Shown piece by piece: positions 13,601 through 25,419 of a stretch of DNA of 64,000 nucleotides (positions are counted from its first letter, which is position 1; every line of letters starts with the position of its first letter). The stretch comes from Euglena gracilis (taxonomy: Eukaryota), in the NCBI GenBank assembly GCA_039621445.1, contig CP154954.1, positions 34,953,703-35,017,702 of the forward strand, in the 5' to 3' direction. Both the position numbers and the translations under genes were made by a program. Below the pieces are notes generated by a model, which searched no databases, had not been told where the DNA came from, and saw only the letters and a list, made by a program, of their open reading frames with translations.

Positions 13601-16600
13601 TGCAACCAGCATTCCCGCTGCATGTTTTTCTTACCATTAAACCACGAAAATCATCAAACCAACGGGTCCCCCGACTCTGAAGGCCTCCTGGAACACCCAT
13701 TCGGTTACTCGGAGTAAGGCCCAATTTGGTCCATTTTTACGTGGAAACCTGGGCTGACCTGGTAAATGTCCCCCGGAATGGTCGAATGCACCCATCTAAA
13801 TGTGCTCGTTTCTGGCCAACTAACATTCCCGCTGCATGTTTTTCTTACCATTTAACCACGACAATCACGAACCACAACATTTGGTTACTCGGAGTAAGGC
13901 CCAATTTGGTCCATTTTACATGGAAACCTGGGCTGACCTGTTAAATGTCCACCGAAATGGTCGAATGCACCCATCTTAATGTGCTCCTTTCTTGCAACCA
14001 ACATTCCTTCTGCATGTTTTTCTTACCATTAAACCACGACAATCATGAACCCAACGGGTCCCCTGACTTTGGAGGCCTCCTGGAACACCCATTCGGTTAC
14101 TCGGAGTAAGGCCCAATTTGGTCCATTTTTACATGGTAACCTGGGCTGACCTGGTAAATGTCCCCCGGAATGGTCGAATGCACCCATCTAAATGTGCTCA
14201 TTTCTTGCAACCAACATTCCCGCTGCATGTTTTTCTTACCATTGAACCACGAAAATCATGAATCCAACGGGTCCCCTGACTTTGGAGGCCTCCTGGAACA
14301 CCCATTCGGTTTCTCGGAGTAAGGCCCATTTTGGTCCATTTTTACATGATAACCTGGGCTGCCCTGCTAAATGTCCCCCGAAATGGACGAATGCACCCAC
14401 CTTAATGTGCTCATTTCTTGCAACCAACATTCCTTCTGCATGTTTTTCTTACCATTAAACCACGACAATCATGAATCCAACGGGTACCATGACTTTGGAG
14501 GCCTCCTGGAACACCCATTCGGTTACTCGGAGTAAGGCCCAATCTGGTCCATTTTTATATGGTACACCCATTCGGTTACTCGGAGTAAGGCCCATTTCGG
14601 TCCATTTTTACACGGTAACCTGGGGTGACATGGTAAATTTCTCCTGGAATAGTCGAATGCACCCATCTAAATGTGCTCATTTCTAGCAACCAACATTCCC
14701 GCTGCATGTTTTTCTTACCATTGAACCACGACAATCATGAAACCAACGGGTCCCCTGACTTTGGAGGCCTCCTGGAACACCCATTCGGTTACTCGGAGTA
14801 CGGACCAATTTGGTCCAGTTTTACATGGTAACCTGGGCCGACCTGGTAAATGTCCCCCGGAATGGTCGAATGCACCCACCTAAATGGGCTCATTTCTTGC
14901 AACCAACATTCCCGCTGCATGTTTTTCTTACCATTAAACCACGACAATCATGAAACCAACGGGTCCCCTGACTTTGGAGGCCTCCTGGAACACCCATGTG
15001 GTTACTCGGAGTAAGGCCCATTTCGGTCCATTTTTACATGGTAGGCCGGGCTGACATGATAAATGTCTCCCGCAATGGTCGAGTGCACCCATCTAATTGT
15101 TCTCATTTCTTGCAACCAACATTCCCACTGCATGTTTTTCTTACCGTTGAACCACGAAAATCATGAAACCAACGGGTCCCCTGACTTTGGAGGCCTCCTG
15201 GAACACCCATTCGGTTACTCGGAGTAAGGCCCATTTTGGTCCATTTTTACATGGTAACCTGGGCGGACCTGGTAAATGTCCCTCGGAATGGTCGAATGCA
15301 CTCATCTAAATGTGCTCATTTCTTGCAACCAACATTCCTGCTTCATGTTTTTCTTACCATTAAACCACGACAATTAGGAAACCAACGGGTCCCCTGACTT
15401 TGGAGGCCTCCTGGAACGTCCATTCGGTTACTCGGAGTAAAGCCTAATCTGGTCCATTTTTACATGGTAACCTGGCCTGACCTGGTAAATGTCCCCCCGG
15501 AATGGTCGAATGCACCCATATAAGAGAGCTCATTTCTTGCAACCAACATTCCCGCTGCATGTTTTTCTTAAAATTTAACCACGACAATCATGAAACCAAC
15601 GGATCCCCTGACTTTGGAGGCCTCCTGGAACACCCATTCGGTCACTCGGAGTAAGGCCCAATTTGGTCCATTTTACATGGTAACCTGGGCTGACCTGGTA
15701 AATGTCCCCCGGAATGGTCGAATGCACCCATCTAAATGTGCTCATTTCTTGCAACCAACATTCCCGCTGCATGTTGTTCTTACTATTGAACCACGAAAAT
15801 CATGAAACCAACGGGTCCCCTGACTTTGGAGGCCTCCTGGAACACCCATTCGGTTTCTCGGAGTAAGGCCCATTTTGGTCCATTTTTACATGATAACCTG
15901 GGCTGACCTGGTAAATGTCCCCCGGAATGGTCGAATGCACCCATCTAAATGTGCTCATGTCATGCAACCAACATTCCCGCTGCATGTTTTTCTTACCATT
16001 AAACCACGACAATCATGAATCCAACGGGTACCCTGACTTTGGAGGCCTCCTGGAACACCCATTCGGTTACTCGGAGTAAGGCCCAATCTGGTCCATTTTT
16101 ACATGGTAACCTGGGTTGACCTGGTAAATGTCCCCCGGAATGGTCGAATGCACCCATCTAAATGTGCTCATTTCTTGCAACCAACATTCCCGCTGCATGT
16201 TTTTCTTACCATTAAACCACGAAAATCATGAAACCAACGGGTCCCCTGACTTTGGAGGCCTCCTGGAACACCCATTCGGTTACTCGGAGTAAGGCCCATT
16301 TCGGTCCATTTTTACACGGTAACCTGGGCTGACATGGTAAATTTCTCCTGGAATAGTCGAATGCACCCATCTAAATGTGCTCATTTCTAGCAACCAACAT
16401 TCCCGCTGCATGTTTTTCTTACCATTGAACCACGACAATCATGAAGCCAACGCGTCACCTGACTTTGGAGGCCTCCTGGAACACCCATTCGGTTACTCGG
16501 AGTAAGGCCCAATTTCGTCCATTTTTCAATGGTAACCTGGGCTGACCTGGTAAATGTCCCCCGGAATGGTCGAATGCACCCATCTAAATGTGCTCATTTC

Positions 16601-19600
16601 TTGCAACCAACATTCCCGCTGCATGTTTTTCTTACCATTGAACCACGAAAATCATGAAACCAACGGGTCCCCTGACTTTGGAGGCCTCCTGGAACACCCA
16701 TTCGGTTACTCGGAGTAAGGCCCATTTCGGTCCATTTTTACACGGTAACCTGGGCTGACATGGTAAATTTCTCCTGGAATAGTCGAATGCACCCATCTAA
16801 ATGTGCTCATTTCTTGCAACCAACATTCCCGCTGCATGTTTTTCTTACCATTAAACCACGACAATCATGAATCCAACGGGTCCCCTGACTTTGGAGGCCT
16901 CGTGGAACGCCCATTCGGTTACTCGGAGTAAAGCCTAATCTGGTCCCTTTTTACATGGTAACCTGCCCTGACCTGGTAAATGTCCCCCCGGAATGGTCGA
17001 ATGCAACTATATAAGTGAGCTCATTTCTTGCAACCAACATTCCCGCTGCATGTTTTTCTCAAAATTTAACCACGACAATCAGGAAACCAACGGGTCCCCT
17101 GACTTTGGAGGCTTCCTGGAACACCCATTCAGTTACTCGGAGTAAGGCCCATTTTGGTCCAGTTTTACATGGTAACCTGCCCTGACCTGGTAAATTACCC
17201 CACGGAATGGACGAATGCACCCATATAAGTGAGCTCATTTCTTGCAACCAACATTCCCGCTGCATGTTTTTCTTACCATTTAACCACGAAAATCATGAAA
17301 CCAACGGGTCCCCTGACTTTGCAGGCCTCCTGGAACACCCATTCGGTTTCTCGGAGTAAGGCCCAATTTGGTCCATTTTTACATGGTAACCTGGGCTGAC
17401 CTGGTAAATGTCCCCCGGAATGGTCGAATGCACCCATCCAAATGTGCTCATTTCTTGCAACCAACATTCCCGCTGCATGTTTTTCTCACTATTGAACCAC
17501 GGCAATCATGAAACCAACGGATCCCCTGACTTTGGTTGCTTCCTGGAACACCCATTCGGTTACTCGGAGTAAGGCCCAATTTGGTCCATTTTTACATGGT
17601 AACCTGGGCTGACCTGGTAAATGTCCCCCGGAATGGTCGAATGCACCCATCTAAATGTGCTGATTCCTTGCAACCAACCTTCCCGCTGCATGTTTTTCTT
17701 ACCATTAAACCACGACAATCATGAAACCAACGGGTCCCCTGACTTTGGAGGTCTCCTGGAACACCCATTCGGTTTCTCGGAGTAAGGCCCAATTTGGTCC
17801 ATTTTTACATGGAAACCTGGGCTGACCTGGTAAATGTCCCCCGGAATGGTCGAATGCACCCATCTAAATATGCAGATTTCTTGCAACCAACATTCCCGCT
17901 GCATGTTTTTCTTACCGTTAAACCACGACAATCAGGAAACCAACGGGTCCCCTGACTTTGGAGGCCTCCTGGAACACCCATTCGGTTACTCGCAGTAAGG
18001 CCCATTTTTGGTCGATCTTTACATGGTAACCTGGGCTGACCTGATAAATATCCCCCGGAATGGTCGAATGCACCAATCTAAAGGTGTTCATTTCTTGCAA
18101 CCAACATTCCCGCTGCATGTTTTTCTTACCATTGAACCACGGCAATCATGAAACCAACGGGTCCCCTGACTTTGGAGGCCTCCTGGAACACTCATTCGGT
18201 TACTCGGAGTAAGGCCCAATTTGGTCCGTTTTTACATGGTAACCTGGGCTGAAATGGTAAATGTCCCCCGGAATGGTCGAATGAACCCATCTGAATGTGC
18301 TGATTTCTTGCAACCAACATTCCCGCTGTATGTTCTTCTTACCATTAAACCACTACAATCATGAAACTAACGGGTCCCCTGACTTTGGAGGCCTCCTGGA
18401 ACACCCATTCGGTTTCTCCGAGTAAGGCCCAATTTGGTCCGTTTTTACAAGGTAACCTGGGCTGACCTGGTAAATGTCCCCAGGAATGGTCGAATGCACC
18501 CATCTAAATGTGCACACTTCTTGCAACCAACATTCCCGCTGCATGTTTTTCTTACCATTTAACCACGACAATCACGAACCACAAACCTTTTACATGGTAA
18601 CCTGGGCTGACCTGGTAAATGTCCCCCGGAATGGTCGAATGCACCCATCTAAATGTGCTCATTTCTCGCAACCAACTTTCTCGCTGCATGTTTTTCTTAC
18701 CATTAAACCACGACAATCAGGAAACCAACGGGTCCCCTGACTTTGGAATGCCTCCTGGAACACCCACTCGGTTACTCGGAGTAAGGCCCAATTTGGACCG
18801 TTTTTACGTGGAAACCTGGGCTGACCTGGTAAATGTCCCCCGCACTGGTCGAATGCACCCATCTAAATGTCCCCATTTCTTGCAACCAACCTTCCCGCTG
18901 CATGTTTTGCTTACCATTAAGCCACGACAATCATGAAATCAACGGATCCCCTGACTTTGGAGTTCTCCTGGAACACCCATTCGGTTACTCGGAGTAAGGC
19001 CCAATTTGGTCCAGTTTTACATGGTAACCTGGGCTGACCTGGTAAATGTCCCCCGGAATGGTCGAATGCACCCATCTAAATGTGCTCATTTCTTGCAACC
19101 AACATTCCCGCTGCATGTTTTTCTTACCATTAAACCGCGACAATCATGAAACCAACGGGTCCCCTGACTCTGGAGGGCTCCTGGAACACCCATTTGGTTA
19201 CTCGGAGTAAGGCCCAATTTGCCCTACTTACATGGTAACCTGGGCTGACCTGGTAAATGTCCCCCGGAATGGTCGAATGCACCCATATAAATGTGCTCGT
19301 TTCTGGCCAACCAACATTCCCGCTGCATGTTTTTCTTACAATTAAACCACGACAATCATGAAACCAACGGGTCCTTTGACGTTGGAGGCCTCCTGGAACA
19401 CCCATTCGGTTACTCGTAGTAAGGCCCAATTTGGTCCATTTTTACTTGGTAACCTGGGCTGACCTGGAAAATGTCCCCCGGAATGGTCGAATGCACCCAC
19501 CTAAATGTGCTCATTTCTTGCAACCAGCATTCCCGCTGCATGTTTTTCTTACCATTAAACCACGAAAATCATCAAACCAACGGGTCCCCCGACTCTGAAG

Positions 19601-20699
19601 GTTTCCTGGAACACCCATTCGGTTACTCGGAGTAAGGCCCAATTTGGTCCATTTTTACGTGGAAACCTGGGCTGACCTGGTAAATGTCCCCCGGAATGGT
19701 CGAACGCACCCATCTAAATGTGCTCATTACTTGCAACCAACGTTCCCGCTGCATGTTTTTTTTACCATTAAACCACGACAATCATGAAGCCAAAGGTCCC
19801 CTGACTTTGGTGGCCGCCTGGAACACCCATTCGGTTACTCGGAGTAAGGCCCATTTTGGTCCATTTTTACATGGTAACCTGGGCTGACCTGGTAAATGTC
19901 CCCCGGAATGGTCGAACGCACCCATCTAAATGTGCTCATTACTTGCAACCAACGTTCCGGCTGCATGTTTTTCTTACCATTAAACCACGACAATCATGAA
20001 ACCAACGGGTCCCCTGACTTTGGAGGCCTCCTGGAACACCCATTCAGTTACTCGGAGTAAGGCCCATTTTGGTCCATTTTTACATGGAAACCTGGGCTGA
20101 CCTGGTAAATGTCCCCCGGAATGGTCGAATGCATCCATCTAAATGTGCTCATTTCCTGCAACCAACTTTCCCGCTGCATGTTTTTATTACCATTAAAACA
20201 CGACAACCATGAAACCAACGAGTCCTCTGACTTTGGAGGCCTCCTGGAACTCCCATTCGGTTAGTCGGAGTAAGGCCCATTTTGGTCCATTTTTACATGG
20301 TAACCAGGGCTGACCTGGTAAATGTCCCCCGGAATGGTCGAATGCACCCATCTAAATGTGCTCATTTCTTGCAACCAACATTCCCGCTGAATGTTTTTCT
20401 TACCAATAAACCACGACAATCATGAAACCAACGGGTCCCCTGACTTTGGAGGCCTCCAGCAACACCCATTCGGTTACTCGGAGTAAGGCCCAATTTGGTC
20501 CATTTTTACATGGTAACCTGGGCTGACCTGGTAAATGTCCCCCGGAATGGTCGAATGCACCCATCTAAATGTGCTCATTTCTTGCAACCAACATTCCCGC
20601 TGCATGTCTTTATTACCATTAAACCACGACAATCATGAAACCAACGGGTCCCCTGACTTTGGAGGCCTCCTGGAACACCCATTCGATTAGTCGGAGTAA

Positions 20700-22900
20700 G
20701 GCCCATTTTGGTCCATTTTTACATGGTAACCTGGGCTGACCTGGTAAATGTCCCCCGGAATGGTCGAATGCATCCATCTAAATGTGCTCGTTTCTTGCAA
20801 CCAACATTCCCGATGCACGTTTTTCTTACCATTAAACCACGACAATCATGAAACCAACGTGTCCCCTGACTTTGGAGGCCTCCTGGAACACCCATTCGGT
20901 TACTGGGAGTAAGGCCCATTTTGGTCCATTTTTACATGGTAACCTGGGCTGACCTGGTAAATGTCCCCCAGAATGGTCGAATGCACCCATCTAAATGTGC
21001 TCATTTCTTGCAACCAACATTCCCGCTGAATGTTTTTCTTACCATTAAACCACGACAATCATGAAACCAACGGGTCCCCTGACTTTGGAGGCCTCCAGCA
21101 ACACCCATTCGGTTACTCGGAGTAAGGCCCAATTTGGTCCATTTTTTACATGGTAACCTGGGCTGACCTGGTAAATGTCCCCCGGAATGGTCGAATGCAC
21201 CCATCTAAATGTGCTCATTTCTTGCAACCAACATTCCCGCTGCATGTCTTTATTACCATTAAACCACGACAATCATGAAACCAACGGGTCCCCTGACTTT
21301 GGAGGCCTCCAGCAACACCCATTCGGTTACTCGGAGTAAGGCCCAATTTGGTCCATTTTTTACATGGTAACCTGGGCTGACCTGGTAAATGTCCCCCGGA
21401 ATGGTCGAATGCACCCATCTAAATGTGCTCATTTCTTGCAACCAACATTCCTGCTGCATGTCTTTATTACCATTAAACCAGGACAATCATGAAACCAACG
21501 GGTCCCCTGACTTTGGAGGCCTCCTGGAACACCCATTCGGTTAGTCGGAGTAAGGCCCATTTTGGTCCATTTTTACATGGTAACCTGGGCTGACCTGGTA
21601 AATGTCCCCCGGAATGGTCGAATGCATCCATCTAAATGTGCTCGTTTCTTGCAACCAACATTCCCGATGCACGTTTTTCTTACCATTAAACCACGACAAT
21701 CATGAAACCAACGGGTCCCCTGACTTTGGAGGCCTCCTGGAACACCCATTCGGTTACTGGGAGTAAGGCCCATTTTGGTCCGTTTTTACATGGTAACCTG
21801 GGCTGACCTGGTAAATGTCCCCCAGAATGGTCGAATGCACCCATCTAAATGTGCTCATTTCTTGCAACCAACATTTCCGCTGCATGTTTTTCTTACCATT
21901 AAACCACGACAATCATGAAACCAACGGTCCCCTGACGTTGGAGGCCTCCTGGAACACCCATTCGGTTACTGGGAGGAAGGCCCATTTTGGTCCGTTTTTA
22001 CATGGTAACCTGGGCTGACCTGGTAAATGTCCCCCGGAATGGTCGAATGCACCCATCTAAATGTGCTCATTTCTAGCAACCAACATTCCCGCTGCATGTT
22101 TTTCTTAACAATAAACCACGACAATCATGAAACCAACGGTCCCCTAACTTTGGAGGCCTCCTGGAACACCCATTCGGTTACTGGGAGTAAAGCCCAATTT
22201 GGTCCGTTTTTACATGGTAACCTGGGCTGACCTGGTAAATGTCCCCCAGAATGGTCGAATGCACCCATCTAAATGTGCTCATTTTTTGCAACCAACATTC
22301 CCGCTGCATGTCTTTATTACCATTAAACCACGACAATCATGAAACCAACGGGTCCCCTGACTTTGGAGGCCTCCTGGAACACCCATTCGGTTAGTCGGAG
22401 TAAGGCCCATTTTGGTCCATTTTTACATGGTAACCTGGGCTGACCTGGTAAATGTCCCCCGGAATGGTCGAATGCATCCATCTAAATGTGCTCGTTTCTT
22501 GCAACCAACATTCCCGCTGCACGTTTTTCTTACCATTAAACCACGACAATCATGAAACCAACGGGTCCCCTGACTTTGGAGGCCTCCTGGAACACCCATT
22601 CGGTTACTGGGAGTAAGGCCCATTTTGGTCCGTTTTTACATGGTAACCTGGGCTGACCTGGTAAATGTCCCCCAGAATGGTCGAATGCACCCATCTAAAT
22701 GTGCTCATTTCTTGCAACCAACATTCCCGCTGCATGTTTTTCTTACCATTAAACCACGACAATCATGAAACCAACGGTCCCCTGACGTTGGAGGCCTCCT
22801 GGAACACCCATTCGGTTACTGGGAGGAAGGCCCATTTTGGTCCGTTTTTACATGGTAACCTGGGCTGACCTGGTAAATGTCCCCCGGAATGGTCGAATGC
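20700..22900 (+). repeat. Imperfect 4-monomer (~850-854 bp) higher-order repeat
   Basis: The ATGCATCCATCT...GCTCGTTTC...TGCACGTT variant monomer is at ~20768, ~21622 and ~22472. Matching variant ORFs lie at 20719/21573/22423 and at 21815/22665. Confidence 0.8.
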
Positions 22901-24794
22901 ACCCATCTAAATGTGCTCATTTCTTGCAACCAACATTCCCGCTGCATGTTTTCATTACCATTAAACCACGACAATCATGAAACCAACGAGTCCCCTGACT
23001 TTTTGGGCCTCCTGGAACACCCATTCGGTTACTGGGAGTAAGGCCCAATTTGGTCCGTTTTTGCATGGTAACCTGGGCTGACCTGGTAAATGTCCCCGGA
23101 ATGGTCGAATGCACCCATCTAAATGTGCTCATTCCTTGCAAACCAACGTTCCCGCTGCATGTTTTTCTTACGTATTAACCACGACAATCATGAAACCAAC
23201 GGGTCCCCTGCCTTTGGAGGCCGCCTGGAACACCCATTCGGTTAGTCGGAGTAAGGCCCATTTTGGTCCATTTTTACATGGTAACCTGGGCTGACCTGGT
23301 AAATGTCCCCCGGAATTGTCGAATGCACCCATCTAAATGTGCTCATTCCTTGCAAACCAACGTTCCCGCTGCATGTTTTTCTTACGTATTAACCACGACA
23401 ATCATGAAACCAACGGGTCCCCTGACTTTGGAGGCCGCCTGGAACACCCATTCGGTTACTGGGAGTAAGGCCCATTTTGGTCCGTTTTTACATGGTAACC
23501 TGGGCTGACCTGGTAAATGTCCCCCGGAATTGTTGAATGCACCCATCTAAATGTGCTCATTCCTTGCAAACAAACGTTCTCGCTGCATGTTTTTATTACG
23601 TATTAACCACGACAATCATGAAACCAACGGGTCCCCCGACTTTGGAGGCCTCCTGGAACACCCATTCGGTTACTGGGAGTAAGGCCCAATTTGGTCCATT
23701 TTTACATGGTAACCTGGGCTGACCTGGTAAATGTCCCCCGGAATGGTCGAATGCACCCATCTAAATGTGCTCATTCCTTGCAACCAACATTCCCGCTGCA
23801 TGTTTTTCGTACAATTAAACCACGACAATCATGAAACCAACGGGTCCCCTGACTTTGGAGGCCTCCTGGAACACCCATTCGGTTACTCGGAGTAAGGCCC
23901 ATTTTGGTCCATTTCTACATTGTAACTTGGGCAGACCTGGTAAATGTCCCCCGGAATGGTCGAATGCACCCATCTAAATGCGCTCATTCCTTGCAACAAA
24001 CGTACCCGCTGCATGTTTTTCTTACCATTCAACCACGACAATCAGGAAACCATCGGGTCCCCTGACTTTGGAGGCCTCCTAGAACACGCCATTCGGTTAT
24101 TCGGAGTAAGGCCCAATATGGTCCATTTTTACATGGTAACCTGGGCTGACCTGGTAAATGTCCCCCGGAATGGTCGAATGCACCCATCTAAATGTGCTCA
24201 TTTCTTGCAACCAACATTCCCGCTGCATGTTTTTCTTACCATTAGACCACGACAATCATGAAACCAACGGGTCCCGTGACTTTGGAGGCCTCCTGGAACA
24301 CCCATTCGGTTACTCGGAGTAAGGCCCAATTTGGTCCATTTTTACATGGTAACCTGGGCTGACCTGGTAAATATCCCCCGGAATGGTCGAATGCACCCAT
24401 CTAAATGTGCTCCTTTCTTGCAACCAACGTTCCCGCTGCATGTTTTTTCTTACCATTAGACCACGACAATCATGAAACCAACGGGTCCCCTGACCTTGGA
24501 GGCCGCCTAGAACACACCATTCGGTTACTCGGAGTAAGGCCCAATTTGGTCCATTTTTACATGGTAACCTGGCCTAAAAAATGTCCCCCGGAATGGTCGA
24601 ATGCACCCATCTAAATGTGCTCGTGTGTTGCAACCACCATTCCTGCAACCAACATTCCCACTGCATGTTTTTTCTTACCATTAAACCACGACAATCAAGA
24701 AACCATCGGGTCCCCTGACTTTGGAGACCTCCTAGAACACGCCATTCGGTTACTCGGAGTAAGGCCCAATTTGGTCCATTGTTTGAACGGTAAC

Positions 24795-24820
24795 CTGGGC
24801 TGACTTCCAAGAGGCCTCCA
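24795..24820. other. Strand-inversion junction within the satellite array (breakpoint between 24804 and 24805)
   Basis: ...GGTAACCTGGGCTGAC (forward monomer, ends 24804) is joined directly to TTCCAAGAGGCCTCCAAATTCAGGGG (reverse monomer). No foreign sequence lies between them. Confidence 0.95.
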
Positions 24821-25419
24821 AATTCAGGGGGCCCGTTGGTTGCATGATTGTCGTGGTTGAATGGTAAGAAAAGCATGCAGCAGGAATGTTGGTTGCAAGA
24901 CACGAGCACATTTCGATGGGTGCATTCGACCTTTCCGGGGGACATTTACCAGGTCAGCCCAGGTTACCATGTAAAAATGGACAAAAATGGGCCTTACTCT
25001 GAGTAACCGAGTGGGTGTTCCAGGAGGCCTCCAAAGTCAGGGGACCCGTTGGTTTCAGGATTGTCGTGGTTTAATGGTAAGAAAAACATGCAGCGGGAAT
25101 GTTGGTTTGCAAGACACGAGCACATTTAGATGGGTGCATTCGACCATTCCGGGGGACATTTACCAGGTCCGCCCAGGTTACCATGTAAAAATGGACCAAA
25201 ATGGGCCTTACTCCGAGTAACCGAATTGGTGTTCCAGGAGGCCTCCAAAGTCAGGGGACCCGTTAGTTTCATGATTTTCGTGGTTTAATGGTAAGAAAAC
25301 CATGCAGCGCGGAATGTTGGTTGCAAGACACGGGCACATTTAGATGTGTGCATTCGACCATTCCGGGGGACATTTACCAGGTCAGCAAAGGTTACCATGT
25401 AAAACTGGACCAAAATGGG

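Larger units (their letters stand above)
1..24804 (+). repeat. 213-bp tandem satellite array, left arm (about 116 monomers; orientation defined arbitrarily as +)
   Basis: AAACCACGAC recurs at 11, 224 and onward (period 213). Consensus: CCATTAAACCACGACAATCATGAAACCAACGGGTCCCCTGACTTTGGAGGCCTCCTGGAACACCCATTCGGTTACTCGGAGTAAGGCCCAATTTGGTCCATTTTTACATGGTAACCTGGGCTGACCTGGTAAA(C/T)GTCCCCCGGAATGGTCGAATGCACCCATCTAAATGTGCTCATTTCTTGCAACCAACATTCCCGCTGCATGTTTTTCTTA. There are no unique spacers between copies. Confidence 0.98.

Noticed and set aside
24574-24945. Longest ORF (123 aa) spanning the inversion junction
   Set aside because: It is a chance chimera of two satellite frames across the breakpoint, with no evidence of coding function.
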